This document shows, piece after piece, positions 47,965 through 59,735 of a stretch of DNA of 64,000 bases. Each line of letters begins with the position of its first letter. Position 1 is the first letter of the stretch. The translations under genes and the position numbers were made by a program. The stretch comes from Malacoraja senta (taxonomy: Eukaryota). The notes beneath the pieces were generated by a model, which ran no database searches, was not told where the DNA came from, and saw only the letters and a list, made by a program, of their open reading frames with translations. The DNA lies in assembly GCA_038087875.1 (NCBI GenBank), contig CM075993.1:11968001-12032000 (forward strand). Direction: 5' to 3'.

Positions 47965-49300
47965 ATGAAGGAACTGCAGATGCGGGTTAAACTGAAGATA
48001 GTTGGAGTAACTCAGCGGGACAGGCAGCATCTCTGGAGAGAAGGAATGGGTGCCGTTTCGGAAAGAGACCCTTCTTCAGACTAGTCAGGGGATAGGGAAA
48101 TGAGAGATACAGACAGTGATGTAGAGAGATATAGAACAAATGAGTGAATGAAAGATATGCAAAAAAGTAACGATGATAAAGGAGACATGCCATTGTTAGC
48201 TGTTTACGTGAGAATGGGAGCCTGGTGCGACGAGTGGGGGAGGTATAGGGAGAGAGGGAATGCCAGGGTTAAGAAGTTAGAGAAGTCAATATTCATGCCA
48301 CTGGGTTGTGAGCTGCCCAAGCAAAATATGAGATGATGTTCCTTGAATTTGCGATTGGCCTCACTCTGACAATGGAGGAGGCCTAGGACAGAAAGGTCAG
48401 TGTGGGTACACAAAAATGCTGGAGAAACTCAGCGGGTGCAGCAGCATCTATGGAGCGAAGGAAATAGGTAACGTTTCGGGCCGAAACCCTTCTTCAGTGT
48501 GGGAATGGGAAGTGGAATTAAAGTGTTTGGCAACCGGGAGATCAGGTAGGTCCATGTGGACTGAACGAAGGTGTTCAGCGAAACGATCGCCCAGTCTACG
48601 TTTGGTCTCGCCGATGTTTAAGAGTCCACATCTTGTACAAAGAATACAGTAGATGAGGTTAGAGAAGGTGCAAGTGAACCTCTGCCTATCCTGAAAGGAA
48701 TGTCGGGGTCCCTGGACAGAGTCAAGGGAGGAGGTATAGGGACAGATGTTGCGTCTCCTGCAGTTGCAGGGAAAGGTACCTGGGGAGGGGGTGGTTTGGG
48801 TGGGAAGGGATGAGTGAACCAGGGAGTCGTGGAGGGAACGGCTTCTGCGGAAGGTGGAAATGGGTGGAGATGGGAAGATGTGACTAGTGTTGGGATCCCA
48901 TTGGAGGTGGTGAAAATGGCGGAGGATCTTGTGTTGTATGCGACGGCTGATGGGGTGGAAGATAAGGACTAGAGAGACTCTGTCCCTGTTGCGACTAGAA
49001 GAGGGGAACAAGGGCAGAGCTGCGGGTTATCAAGAAGATATGTGTGACAGCCTCATCTATGAAGGAAGAGGGGAACCCCCGTTCCCTATAGAATGAGGAC
49101 ATCTCGGATGTCTTGGTATGGAACACCTCATCTTAGGCGCAGATGCGGCGTAACCGGAAGAATTGGGAGTAGGGGATAGAGACTTTGCAGGAGGCAGAGT
49201 GGGAAGAAGTGACTTTGAGATAATTGTGGGAGTCAGTGGGATTGTAATAGACGTCAGTCGATAGTCTATCTCCCGTGATGGAGACGGTGAGATCGACTGA
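47965..49300 (-). mobile_element. Penelope-like element 3' part (RT thumb remnant, Cys-rich linker, GIY-YIG, pseudo-LTR)
   Basis: PGTFPCNC...C; NLIYCILCTRCGLLNIGETKRRLGDRFAEHLRS; nested mini-PLE at 48407-48493. Confidence 0.9.
48467..48497 (-). ncRNA. minimal hammerhead ribozyme-like motif (sense to VPS13C pre-mRNA)
   Basis: CUGAAGA-A-GGGU(UUCG)GCCC-GAAACGUU. Confidence 0.55.
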
Positions 49301-49944
49301 AATTTAATCAAGTGATGCGCAGTAGGCAGAGTGATGATGGTAGCTCATACATTGCAAATGCTGAGGCTCTGGAGAGTACTGAGGAACAGAGAGAACTGTG
49401 GGCAAGCTCAATGAAGGTGACAGCTTATGGTGGTTAAGACCGCAAACACTATCCGCCTTCATTAATTAGGGCACAGAATAAAATAGAAAGAACGTTATGG
49501 ATGAAATATTGATTCGGCCACAGCTAGAATATTGCGTGACCACGCTACAAATAGGAGGTGATTGCACTGGAAAGGGTGCAGAGAGATTCACTGACATATC
49601 ACCTGGGACAAAGCATTTTGGTCATAAGGAGAGACTGGATGGGCTAGGACCGTTTCCCTTGGAGTGGAGGAGGCTGAAGGGGAACCCGTTCGAGGTTTGC
49701 AAAATTGAGAAGCATTAAGAGGATAGATCTTTGCATTGGAACATTCAATCATATGGAATCGGTTTTTAACCTATTTTGAGATGATATATATGCCCCTCCC
49801 CTCATTATTTCTGCTGTTATTTTCCCCACGTGCATGGACAGGTAATGTTTAGTGGGACATGTATCAAATGCGGGCAAAGAGTACTGGCTTAGATTGGGTA
49901 TCTTGGTCAGCATGGACAAGTTGGGCCGAAGGGTCTCTCCCCCT

Positions 49945-50275
49945 ACCAACCCTCACGGTCCCTCAGATCCACATCAGCTGGTCTCCTCTCCACTCCGAAT
50001 TCAAACCTCTGCACTTTTGGAGGCAGAGCCTTCTCCAGGGCAGCTCCCAGGCTCTGGAATTCCCTCCCACAACCGGTCCGAAATTCTGAGTCCCTCACCA
50101 TCTTCCAGTCCCGCCTCAAGACCCATCTCTTCACCTCTGCATACCCTTAGTCCCATGTTCCCCTGCTCTATTACTGCTCTATTTTGTTTTGTTTATTCCT
50201 GACTCTCAATTGTAAAGCGACTTTGAGTCCTGAAAAGCGCTATATAAAATAAATCTATTATTATTATTATTATTA
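49945..50275 (+). mobile_element. L2 LINE 3' end
   Basis: GGRAFSRAAPRLWNSLP...FQSRLKTHLF; TGTAAAGCGACTTTGAG...AAAGCGCTATATAA + (TAT)n. Confidence 0.85.
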
Positions 50276-50423
50276 CATGCTATATTACCCCATGACTGGG
50301 ATTTTCTATGGGTGGAAACAAGAGAGTAAACAAACATTTTAAATAACAGACACCCAGTCTCAATAGGCATCTTTCATTGCAAAAATAATAAAGTCATTTG
50401 GCAGTAACAGTTTCAATACTTAC

Positions 50424-50481
50424 TATATTGATAATTTTTGGGTTCATGAGCACCTGAAGCGATCCCCCCTTTCAGCTGCAC
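50424..50481 (-). CDS. VPS13C: VPS13C exon (58 nt): VQLKGGIASGAHEPKNYQY
   Basis: cag|GTG...TAT A|gtaagt; phase 0 to 1. Confidence 0.9.
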
Positions 50482-50767
50482 CTGTCAAATTCAAGAGTGC
50501 AAACCATGAAACAAGACAATAATACACTTCCTACAATGTATTTTCCCAATAAACCCAGATTAACTGAGCTGGCTACGCATTGCGATGTATTCTGGTAAAA
50601 TGTCAGTGCTCTTGGACTGGACCAGGCCTCCTTCTGTCAAATCCATGTGGTAACTGCAATGCTTCCCTATCCTGCATTGAATTAAATCACATACAAGCAT
50701 CTTCCTATTGCAAAATGAAGTGTACAGCCTGCAACAACAAGACAACCCAAAAGGCAATGGCCTTGAA

Positions 50768-50982
50768 TATCACAAGGCAATTGTAGACAAAGAACTTCTT
50801 AAATGTTGACACTAATGCCGTGTGGAACATAATGGGCGAGAGGTGCATGCTCATCGAGAACAAGGTGGAAGGTGAACAAGGTAGGCACACTTCCATCTGG
50901 AAGGAGAAACCAGAAGTACCCATCTTTATGGGGTTGCTTTGCTATCCAAATGAATAATTGGCATATTGATGACTCCTTGTGA
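50768..50982 (+). repeat. probable source copy of the 215-bp duplicate at 38071-38285
   Basis: Continuous with non-repeat-looking intron sequence on its left. Confidence 0.9.
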
Positions 50983-51333
50983 GCTTCAGAACCTTCTAAG
51001 AACATAGAACACAGCAGAGGAACAGGCCCTTCAGAAACAATGTCTGTGCTGAACATGATGCTAAGACAAACTCTTATCTGCCCGTATATAATGCATATCC
51101 CTCCATTCCCTGCATATCCATATGCCGACCCATAAGTCTCTTAAATGCCACGATCATATCTGCCCCAACCACCACCCCAGCAGCGGGTTCCTGGCACTCA
51201 CCAACCTTTATGTGTAAAATAAACCTGCCCCGCACATCTTCCTAAAACTTTGCCCCACTCACCTTCAAAGCCCTGCCCTCTAGTATTTAATATTTCCATT
51301 TTGGGAAAAGGTTCTGACTGTCTACCCTATCTA

Positions 51334-51377
51334 CAGTGCCCTCCATAATGTTTGGGACAAAGACCCATCATTTATTT
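51334..51377 (+). mobile_element. Tc1-like left TIR fragment
   Basis: TA-CAGTGCCCTCCATAATGTTTGGGACAAAGACCCATCAT, near reverse complement of 31813-31851. Confidence 0.8.
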
Positions 51378-51571
51378 CTATCAGGTTTTCCCACAACATC
51401 TGGAGAAAACAAGCCAATTCTGTCCAATTCTTCCTGTAACTGATCCAGGCATCATTCTGGTAAGTCTCCTCTGCGCTCTCTTCAAAGCCTCCTCATCCTT
51501 CCTGTAATAGGGCGACCAGAACTGCATGCAATACTCCAAATGCAGCCTAATCAACGTCCTATTCAAAGCAA

Positions 51572-52078
51572 TATTCTTGCTATTGAGGGAGTGCAGCGTA
51601 GGTTCACGAGGTTAATTCCTGGGATGGCGGGACTGCCATATGCTGAGAGAATGGAGCGGCTGTGCTTGTATACTCTGGAATTTAGAAGGATGAGAGGGAA
51701 TCTTATTGAAACATATAAGATTATTAAGGGTTTGGACACGCTAGAGGCAAGAAACATGTTCCCAATGTTGGGGGAGTCCAGAACCAGGGGCTATAGTTTA
51801 AGAATAAGTGGTAAGCCAGTTAGAACGGAGATGAGGAAAAACTTTTTCACCCAGAGAGTTGTGAGTGTGTGGAATTCTCTGCCTCAGAGGACGGTGGAGG
51901 CTGGTTCTCTGGATGATTTCAAGAGAGAGTTAGATAGAGCTCTTAGGGATAGCGGAGTTAAGGGATATGGAGAGAAGGCAGGAATGGGGTATAGATTGTG
52001 CTTGATCAGCCATGATCACATTGAATGGTGGTGCTGGCTCGAAGGGCTGAATGGCCTACTCCTGCACCTATTGTCTAT
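51572..52078 (+). mobile_element. CR1 LINE 3' end
   Basis: ILAIEGVQRRFTRLIPG...GYGEKAG; 3' UTR. Confidence 0.9.
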
Positions 52079-52642
52079 AGAGCTGTATCATGACTTGCTA
52101 GACTTTATGACAGAAGAAGCACATTACATTCATTGATGCACATGTCCCCACCTTGGAAGCAATGGGCAGAGCTAATTAGACTCCAACCTGGAACAAGTCA
52201 CAGAAGGCAGTGGAGGCCAATTCACTGGATGTATTCAAGAGAGTTAGATATAGCTCTTAGGGCTAATGGAATCAAGGGATATGGGGAGAAAGCAGGAACG
52301 GGGTACTTCTTCTTGTGTATGGCGTGCACAGCCTAAAGTTGTAGGACAACTAGTTCTATTTCGATCTTATTTGATTGCGCACGCCAGGTTGATTGCATAT
52401 GTCGAAACAGGGCAGACCACGTGAAGGTTGCAATCTCCCACCCCGAACTGGGTACTGATTCTGGATGATCAGCCATAATCATTTGAATGGCAGTGCTGAC
52501 TCGAAGGGCTGAATGGCCTACTCCTGCACCTATTTTCTATGTTTCCAATGCCCCACCCCCAACCATCTATTCCACCATCATCATCATTAACCATCTTCCA
52601 CAACATTATAGGTACTGTATAAAGTTTTACAGAAAAACATAC

Positions 52643-52723
52643 CAAGATTTGTTCTCTTGAGTCTTGGCAACATAACAGACTGTTCACATTCCAGTAGGCA
52701 GAAAGGCAATCTAAGCGGACAAG
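52643..52723 (-). CDS. VPS13C: VPS13C exon (81 nt): LVRLDCLSAYWNVNSLLCCQDSREQIL
   Basis: cag|CTT...TTG|gtatg; LSAYWN motif. Confidence 0.95.
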
Positions 52724-52954
52724 CTGAAGGAGGGGAAAAAAACACCAGGAAAATTAGTTTTGTATTTATAATCTAAAGAGCAAATTGACTATTTCACAAA
52801 ATCGCTATTTCAAATATTTGAAACCACACAAAAAAAAACAAATAATCCCCAAATAATCCGTATTCTGCCAATATCACTGACCTGACAAGTTAACAGTTCC
52901 TGCTGATCTGCTGAATGTTTCCACACTTCTGGTTATATTTTTGATTTAGTCTTA

Positions 52955-53810
52955 GTGTCATCGAGTGATAGAGTGTGGAAACAGGCCCTTCGGTGCAACT
53001 TGCCCACACCAGCCGACATGTCCCAGCTCCACTACGCATTTGGTCCATATCCCAAAAAACCTCTATCAATGTACCTGTCAAAATGTTTCAGCCTCAACTA
53101 CCTCCTCTGGCAGCTCGTTCCATACACCACCACCCTTTGAGTGAACAAGTTACTCCTCAGATTCCTATTAAATCTTTTCCTCTTCACCTTGAACCTATGT
53201 CCTCTGGTCCTTGATTCACCTACTCTAAGCAAGAGACTGTGCATCTTCCTGATCTATTCCTCTCATGATTTTATACACTTCTATAAGATCACCCCTCATC
53301 CTCTTGTGCTCCAAGGAACAGAGCTACAGCCTACTCAACCTCTCCCGATAGCTCACACCCTCTATGCTGGCAACATCATCGTAAATTTACTTTGTACCCT
53401 TTCCAGCTTGACAACATCTTTCCTAGCACGGTGCCCAGAACTGAGCACAATACTCTAAATGCTGCCTCACCAACATCACATACAACTGCAACATGACCTC
53501 CCTACTATACTCAATACCTTGACGGATGAAGGTCAATGTACCTAAAGCCTTTTGGACCACCCGATCCACCTGCGACTCCACCTTCAAGGATTCTTCACCT
53601 GCACTCGTGGATCGCTCTGCTCTTCAACAATCCCCAGGGCCCAACCATTCACTGTGTAGGTCCTGCCCATGTTAGACTTCCCAAAATGCAACACGTCCTA
53701 CTTCTCTGTATTAAATTCCATCAACCATTCCTCAGCCCACCTGGCCAATCGATCCAGATCCTGCTGCGATTTTGCCCAAATATCTTCACTATCTCCAAAA
53801 CCTCCCACTT
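52955..53810 (-). mobile_element. CR1 LINE, degenerate
   Basis: Reverse-strand ORF2 C-terminal remnants and 3' UTR. Confidence 0.8.
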
Positions 53811-53844
53811 CTGTATCATTTCCTCCATCTGTACCTTTCTTCAC

Positions 53845-54700
53845 CTGATGGAGATGAGTCAGAGTATAGAAGTGAGATCGACGGATTGACCAAATGGTGC
53901 CAGCACAATAACCTGGCTCTCAACACCAGCAAAACCAAGGAACTGATTTTGGACTTCGGAAGGGGTAGGATGGGGACCCAGAGTCCCGTTTATATCAACA
54001 GGTTGATGGTGGAAAGGGTCAAGAACTTCAAATTCCTGGGCATGCATATTTCCGTAGATCTCTCCTGGTCCCAGAACACTGATTCAATCATAAAGTAAGC
54101 GCATCAGCGCCTCTACTTCCTGAGAAGATTACGGAGAGTCGGTACGTCAAGGAGGACTCTTTTGAACTTCTACAGGTGCACAGTAGAGAGCATGCTGACC
54201 GGTTGCATAGTGGCTTGGTTCGGCAACTTGAGCGCCCTGGAGCGGAAAAGGCTGCAAAAAGTTGTAAACACTGCCCAGTCCACCATCGGCTCTGACCTCC
54301 TTACCATCGAGGGGATCTATCGCAGGCGCTGCCTCAAAAAGGCTGGCAGCATCATCAAGGACCCACACCATCCTGGCCATACACTCATCTCTCCGCTGCC
54401 ATCAGGTAGAAGGTACAGGAGCCTGAAATCTGCAACATCCAGGTTCAGGAACAGCTACTTCCCCACAGCCATCAGACTATTAAACACAACTTCAAACAAA
54501 CTATGAACTATAACAGCCTATTGCACTTTATCCATGTATTTATGTGTGTATATATATATATATTCTATGGTATATGGTCACACTGATCTGATCTGATCTG
54601 TATTTAAGCCTAAAACATTCTGTCGTGTTGCATCAAGCAAGAATTTCATTGTCCTATCTGGGATACATGACAATAAACTCTCTTGACTCTTGACTTGACT
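53845..54700 (+). mobile_element. Rex1/Babar LINE 3' part
   Basis: WCQHNNLALNTSKTKEL..DF; FYRCTVES.LT.CI.AWFG; DPHHPGH...LPSGRRY; (GACTT)n tail. Confidence 0.9.
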
Positions 54701-55370
54701 ATTATTTTTATACTATACATTTTTGAATTAGTTTAATACATTTTGTGTGCATGTCCTCAAATGTTTCATTTGTATTGCAGCGACAATCATGAGTCAATGC
54801 TCGTCAGTAATTCACCCAACAATGGAAACATATTACTCTCACAACACCTTTGGCAATTTTGAGCTGTCTTAAATACTCTATACCACGGAGAAAAATCAGA
54901 CAGCCTACTCAATAAAGAGTCACATCTTATCACGACACTCTTAGCGACTTTACGATGGTCTTTCCTTAGCTTTTGCAATCTTTTTAAAAGTGGGCGGTAA
55001 GACTAACAAACAACAATCCAGCTTTTACTAAAAAATAAACGCATGCACAAGTTCAGCATCATAGCCTTAGTATTATCTTACAGTATACAAACAAAAATAG
55101 CATTTGTGTTTTTTTTCCCCTTAAAAAAAACCCATCTCTAAAGTCTACACAACAGTCTGAAAAAGTGTCTCGACCCGAAACGTCACCCATCCCTTCTCTC
55201 CAGAGATGCTGCCTGTCCTGCTGAGTTACTCCAGCCTTTGCGTCTCTCTGGAGAACATGGACAGGTGTCGTTCCAGATCGGGATCCTTTCTTTTATGTTA
55301 TACCTCAAGTGCACAGGAGTCCCAAAATTAGAGTGGAGCATCAGGCTTATGACTAATGATGATCAAGTAC

Positions 55371-55430
55371 CTTATAGATGATTTTTGCGTTGTCACTCAG
55401 TATGCATGGGGTCCAGCATTCATCTGCTGT
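55371..55430 (-). CDS. VPS13C: VPS13C exon (60 nt): TADECWTPCILSDNAKIIYK
   Basis: cag|ACA...AAG|gtact; resembles TANEHWTPCIL...KIIYK. Confidence 0.93.
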
Positions 55431-56254
55431 CTGGAAACATAAACAGTTGATTAGTCAGATAATTGTTTTTCAAAAAATCTATATCTTTGTCAAAAGTTCT
55501 TTTTTAATTCACAGCATTTTATATGCAATTGAACCTTAAGCATTAGGCAACATACTAATGTTGGACAACATATACATTAAGCATCACGTTTCCATTCCAG
55601 TTACATTGTTAGTCTTGACCCCAAATCATGTTTTGAGGAAGGAAGATTTAATTTTGTGATTGTCTCAATATACACAAGTTTCAGATTCTAACATTTTCAA
55701 AGAAATATGTTATTTTATTTCTGAGGTAAATCCAGAGTATCTTAGCACAATTACAACTGAACATTGAAAAAATTGATAAAGGAGCCAGATTCTTTCAACT
55801 ACTTTGTTAATCAAAAAATGCTGACTATTGGACGGTCGAATTCCTGGAGTGTTACTTTAGCATTTAAGTGATATCATGGAACACAACACAAAAGCTAATA
55901 TTTTGCCAGCATTCTGAATCCAGATTCTAAAGAGTGAGCAAGAAAGCAAGACATGCTTGTACAAACTTGGCAATTCATCCAAGTGGTACACCTCCATTTA
56001 TATATGGACATTAAACTTGTGATGCATTAGTTTCGCTTAAATACCCGAGTTCAGGGCACATCCTTCCTCAGAGAGTGCCACAGCACTTTATTTCAGTCAT
56101 AACAAGTTCCAACACTTCTGTGCCATACTGCTAGACTTCCTGAGCCATCATTACATACTCACTCTGGCTTCCAAGACCACCCCAACCCAGTTACATTTGT
56201 GTCAACAGCCAAGAAGCAATGCCCTTTGTATCGACAATTAAATGTGTAACAATA

Positions 56255-58098
56255 CAATGAACCATATGACTACAGCTCTGCGTTTAATACTATTATACCA
56301 TCCAAGCTTATCACCAAACTCGCGGGATTGGTGTCAGCACTCAACTTTGCAACTGGATCCACGACTTGCTGATCAACAGACCCCAATCAGAGGATGGGGG
56401 ACAAACCATCCTCCATATAATCCTCAACACGGGTGCTCGGCTATAATGCGTTTCACAGCCCCCTTGTTTACTCCTTGTACACCCACGACTGTGCAGCCAT
56501 GTACAAATCTGATTCAATTTTCAAATTCACAGACGACACCACCATTGTGGGCCGGATATCAAATAATGATGAGACAGAGTACAGGAAGGAGATCGAGAAC
56601 CTCGTGTCCTGGTGTCGAGACAACAACTCAATGTCAGCAAGACAAAGGAGATAGTGATCGACTTCAGGAAGTGAAGTGGTACTCATACCCCAGTTTGCAT
56701 TGACGGTGCTGAAGTAGAGATGGTTGAAAACCTCAAATTCCTTGGTGTCAATATCACCAACAACTTCTCCTGGATTGCCCACATTGAAGCAAGGACTAAT
56801 AAAGCACACCAACACCTCGACTTCCTTTGAAGGCTTAGGAAGTTTTGCATGTCCCCTACAACTCTCACCATCTTCTACAGATGCACCATAGAAAGCATTT
56901 TATCCGGATGCGGTTTGGACCCAGCTCCATCCAAGACTGCAAAAAATTACAGCGAATTGTGGACGCAGACCATCACACAAAGAACCTTCCTTCCATTGAC
57001 TCCATTTATACCTCACGCTGCCTCGGCAAGGCCAGCAGCATAATCAAGGACGAGCCGCATCCTGGCCACTCCCTCTTCTCCTCTCTCCCGTTAGGCAAAA
57101 AGGTACAGAAGTGTGAAAACGCACACCTCCAGATTCAAGGAGTTTCTTCCCAGCTGTTATCAGGCAACTGAATCATCCTACCACAACCAGCGAGCAGTGT
57201 TGAACTACTACCTATCTTTTGATGACCCTCGGACTATCCTTGATCGGACTTTGTTGGCTTTACCTTGCACTGAATGTTATTCCCTTATCATGTATCTATA
57301 CACAGTCAATGGATCGATTGAAATCATGTTGTCTTTCTGCTGACTGGTTAGCACGCAACAAAAGCTTTTCACTGTACTTCGGTACATGAGACAATAAACT
57401 AAACTAAACTGAACTGAACCCTCGTTATAACGGACCATGGGGGGGGGCAAAAATTACATTTGTTATTGCAGATTGGTCACTATAACTAAGCAAGGTTGTC
57501 TGTCCCCCCCATTGAGCACTGCCTGGGCACCGGGTCAGAATCCTGGAGCCCTGTTATTGAGACTCCAGTGGGATATCCCTCACCCCATGCATCGCAGTGG
57601 CCCTAAGAAGGCTGCCCACCACCACTTGTCCAGCGCAACAGGGGAACAGCAATAACCGCTGCCCTTGCTGTTGATTCCTGCATTCAGAGATTGAGAGCAA
57701 AATGGGAGGTGGCATGGCGGTGTGAGGAAACTCTGTACCGCTCTAAATGAGAGTCCCATGACCAACTTCCCACAAGGTCAGGATGAAAGGACTGCGACTT
57801 TAAACGTTAACTCCGTCTCCTTCCAAAGACGCTGCCTAACCTGCCGAGTGTACAAACTTATTTTTAACAGCAAAAAATGCATTTAGTTACTGCAAGCTAA
57901 AAATACTAAAGGCTATTTGTTACATTGTTTAATGGAGTTAATTGTCAATCAAAACAATTGCTTGTCAATTTCAATGGGTGCCTCAGCAAACTAGCAGCCT
58001 GTGTTCTTAAAGAGATATCAGTGTCTGATTACTGAGGGGACACTCCATTCACTGTAACCAAAATCTGTTATAAAGCGGTCCGTGATAACAAGAGACTG
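56255..58098. mobile_element. Tigger/pogo-like DNA element whose left TIR is split by the Rex1 LINE
   Basis: Reconstructed left end TA-CAATGAACCCTCGTTATAACGGACC; right end GGTCCGTGATAACAAGAGACTG-TA. Confidence 0.6.
56264..57414 (+). mobile_element. Rex1/Babar LINE, degenerate
   Basis: DYSSAFNTIIPSKLITKL; LYTHDC..KF.DDTT.VG.I; (AAACT)n tail; TSD TGAACC. Confidence 0.85.
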
Positions 58099-59162
58099 TA
58101 ATTCAAATTAATAGAGATGAAAATTAAAAATATAATAATCAGGAACAATCACATCCTCTCAGCACCTTTCACTATGAACATATTTTTCATGCTATTTGAA
58201 ATAAAACCAAAAGGACAAGCTAACCCAGAAACATGGTAAATTCCTAATCCTCAAACAATGCACATCAACAAAGTTCACATTACCAATGTAACAAAATGAA
58301 ATAACTCGCCTGCATGCAGGCGCATCAGTTATCGGAGTATCATGTATGTAAAAAACTTTGCCAGTGGCTTAGTTTCCACCAATTGTTCCATTTTTGTTTT
58401 TTTTAAATAAGCTGGACAGGCTTAAGTCAGGTTTCAGTTCTCCAAGATTGTTTGCATTTGAAGTCAACACAAAGACTACCTTTTGCACTTATATTCAAGA
58501 ATACCCCACAGCTTGTTAATTCCAAGGCATACATCCTTCTGGTTTATACAAAGGATGGTTCATATTCATTTTCACCAACTTTTATGCGAGAATTCTTTAT
58601 GCAACTCCAAAGTGAGCATGTCAGCATTGTACAGATTAGTGATATAAGGCATGAAGGCATCTGGAAGAGTGGGACATTAGATATCACAGATTTATTCCTA
58701 ACCAATAATCAAAATAAAGGGTGGGTCGAAAATGTTTGTTATATAATTTATGCCGACCAACAACGTAGAGACAGTTTTTTTGATGTGACACTCAACTGAT
58801 CACCTAAATGGTATTTAAGGTCATAAGTAATAGGAGTAGAATTAGGCCCATCAAGTCTACTCTGCCATTCAATCATGGCTGATCTATCTCTCCCTCCTAA
58901 CCCCATTCTCCTGCCTTATCTCCATAAACTCCAACACCTGTACTAATCAAGACTCAATCTTTCTGCCTTAAATATATCCACAGCCTTCTGTGGTAAAGAA
59001 TTCCACAGATTCACCACCCTAAAGAAATTTCTCATCTCCTTTAAGAGCGGCCTTGAATTCTGAGGCTATGACCTCTAGTTCCAGACTCTCCCACCAGTGG
59101 AAACATCCTCTCCACATCCACTCTATCTAAGCGTTTCACTATTTGGTCGGGTTCAATGAGGT

Positions 59163-59735
59163 CATTGAGTCATAGAATGATACAGTGTGGAAACAGGCCC
59201 TTCGGCCCAACTCGCTCACAACAATGTCCCAGCTACCCTAGTCCCACCTGCCTGCGCTTGGTCCATAACCCTCAAAACCTGTCCTATCCATGTACCTGTC
59301 CAACTGTTTCTTAAACGATGGGATAGTCCCAGCCTCAATTACCTCCTCTGGCAACTTGTTCCATACACCCACCTCCCTTGTGTGAAAAAGTTACCCCTCG
59401 GATTTCTATTGAATTTTTTCCCCTTCACCTTGAACCTATGTCCTCTGGACCTCGATTCCCCTACCCTGGGTTAAAGACTGTGCATCTACCCGATCTATTC
59501 CTCTCATGATTTTGTACACCTCCATAAGATCTCCCCTCATCCTCCTACGCTGCATGGAATAGAGACCCAGCCTACTCAACCTCTCCCCATAGCTCACACC
59601 CACTAGTCCTGGCAACATCCTCGTAAATCTTTTCTGAACTCTTTCAAGCTTGACAATATCTTTCCTATAACATGGTGCCCAGAACTGAACACAATATTCT
59701 AAATGCGGTCTCACCAATGTCTTATACAACTGCAT
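59163..59735 (-). mobile_element. CR1 LINE 3' end
   Basis: LYKTLVRPHLEYCVQFWAP...RGDLMEVYKIMRG. Confidence 0.9.

Noticed and set aside
31851..51334. Composite Tc1 transposon enclosing several exons
   Set aside because: The two TIRs face away from the intervening segment and belong to separate truncated copies.
54787..54978. 63-aa minus-strand ORF as an extra VPS13C exon
   Set aside because: No VPS13 similarity, ends in a stop, and the flanking exons already join in phase.
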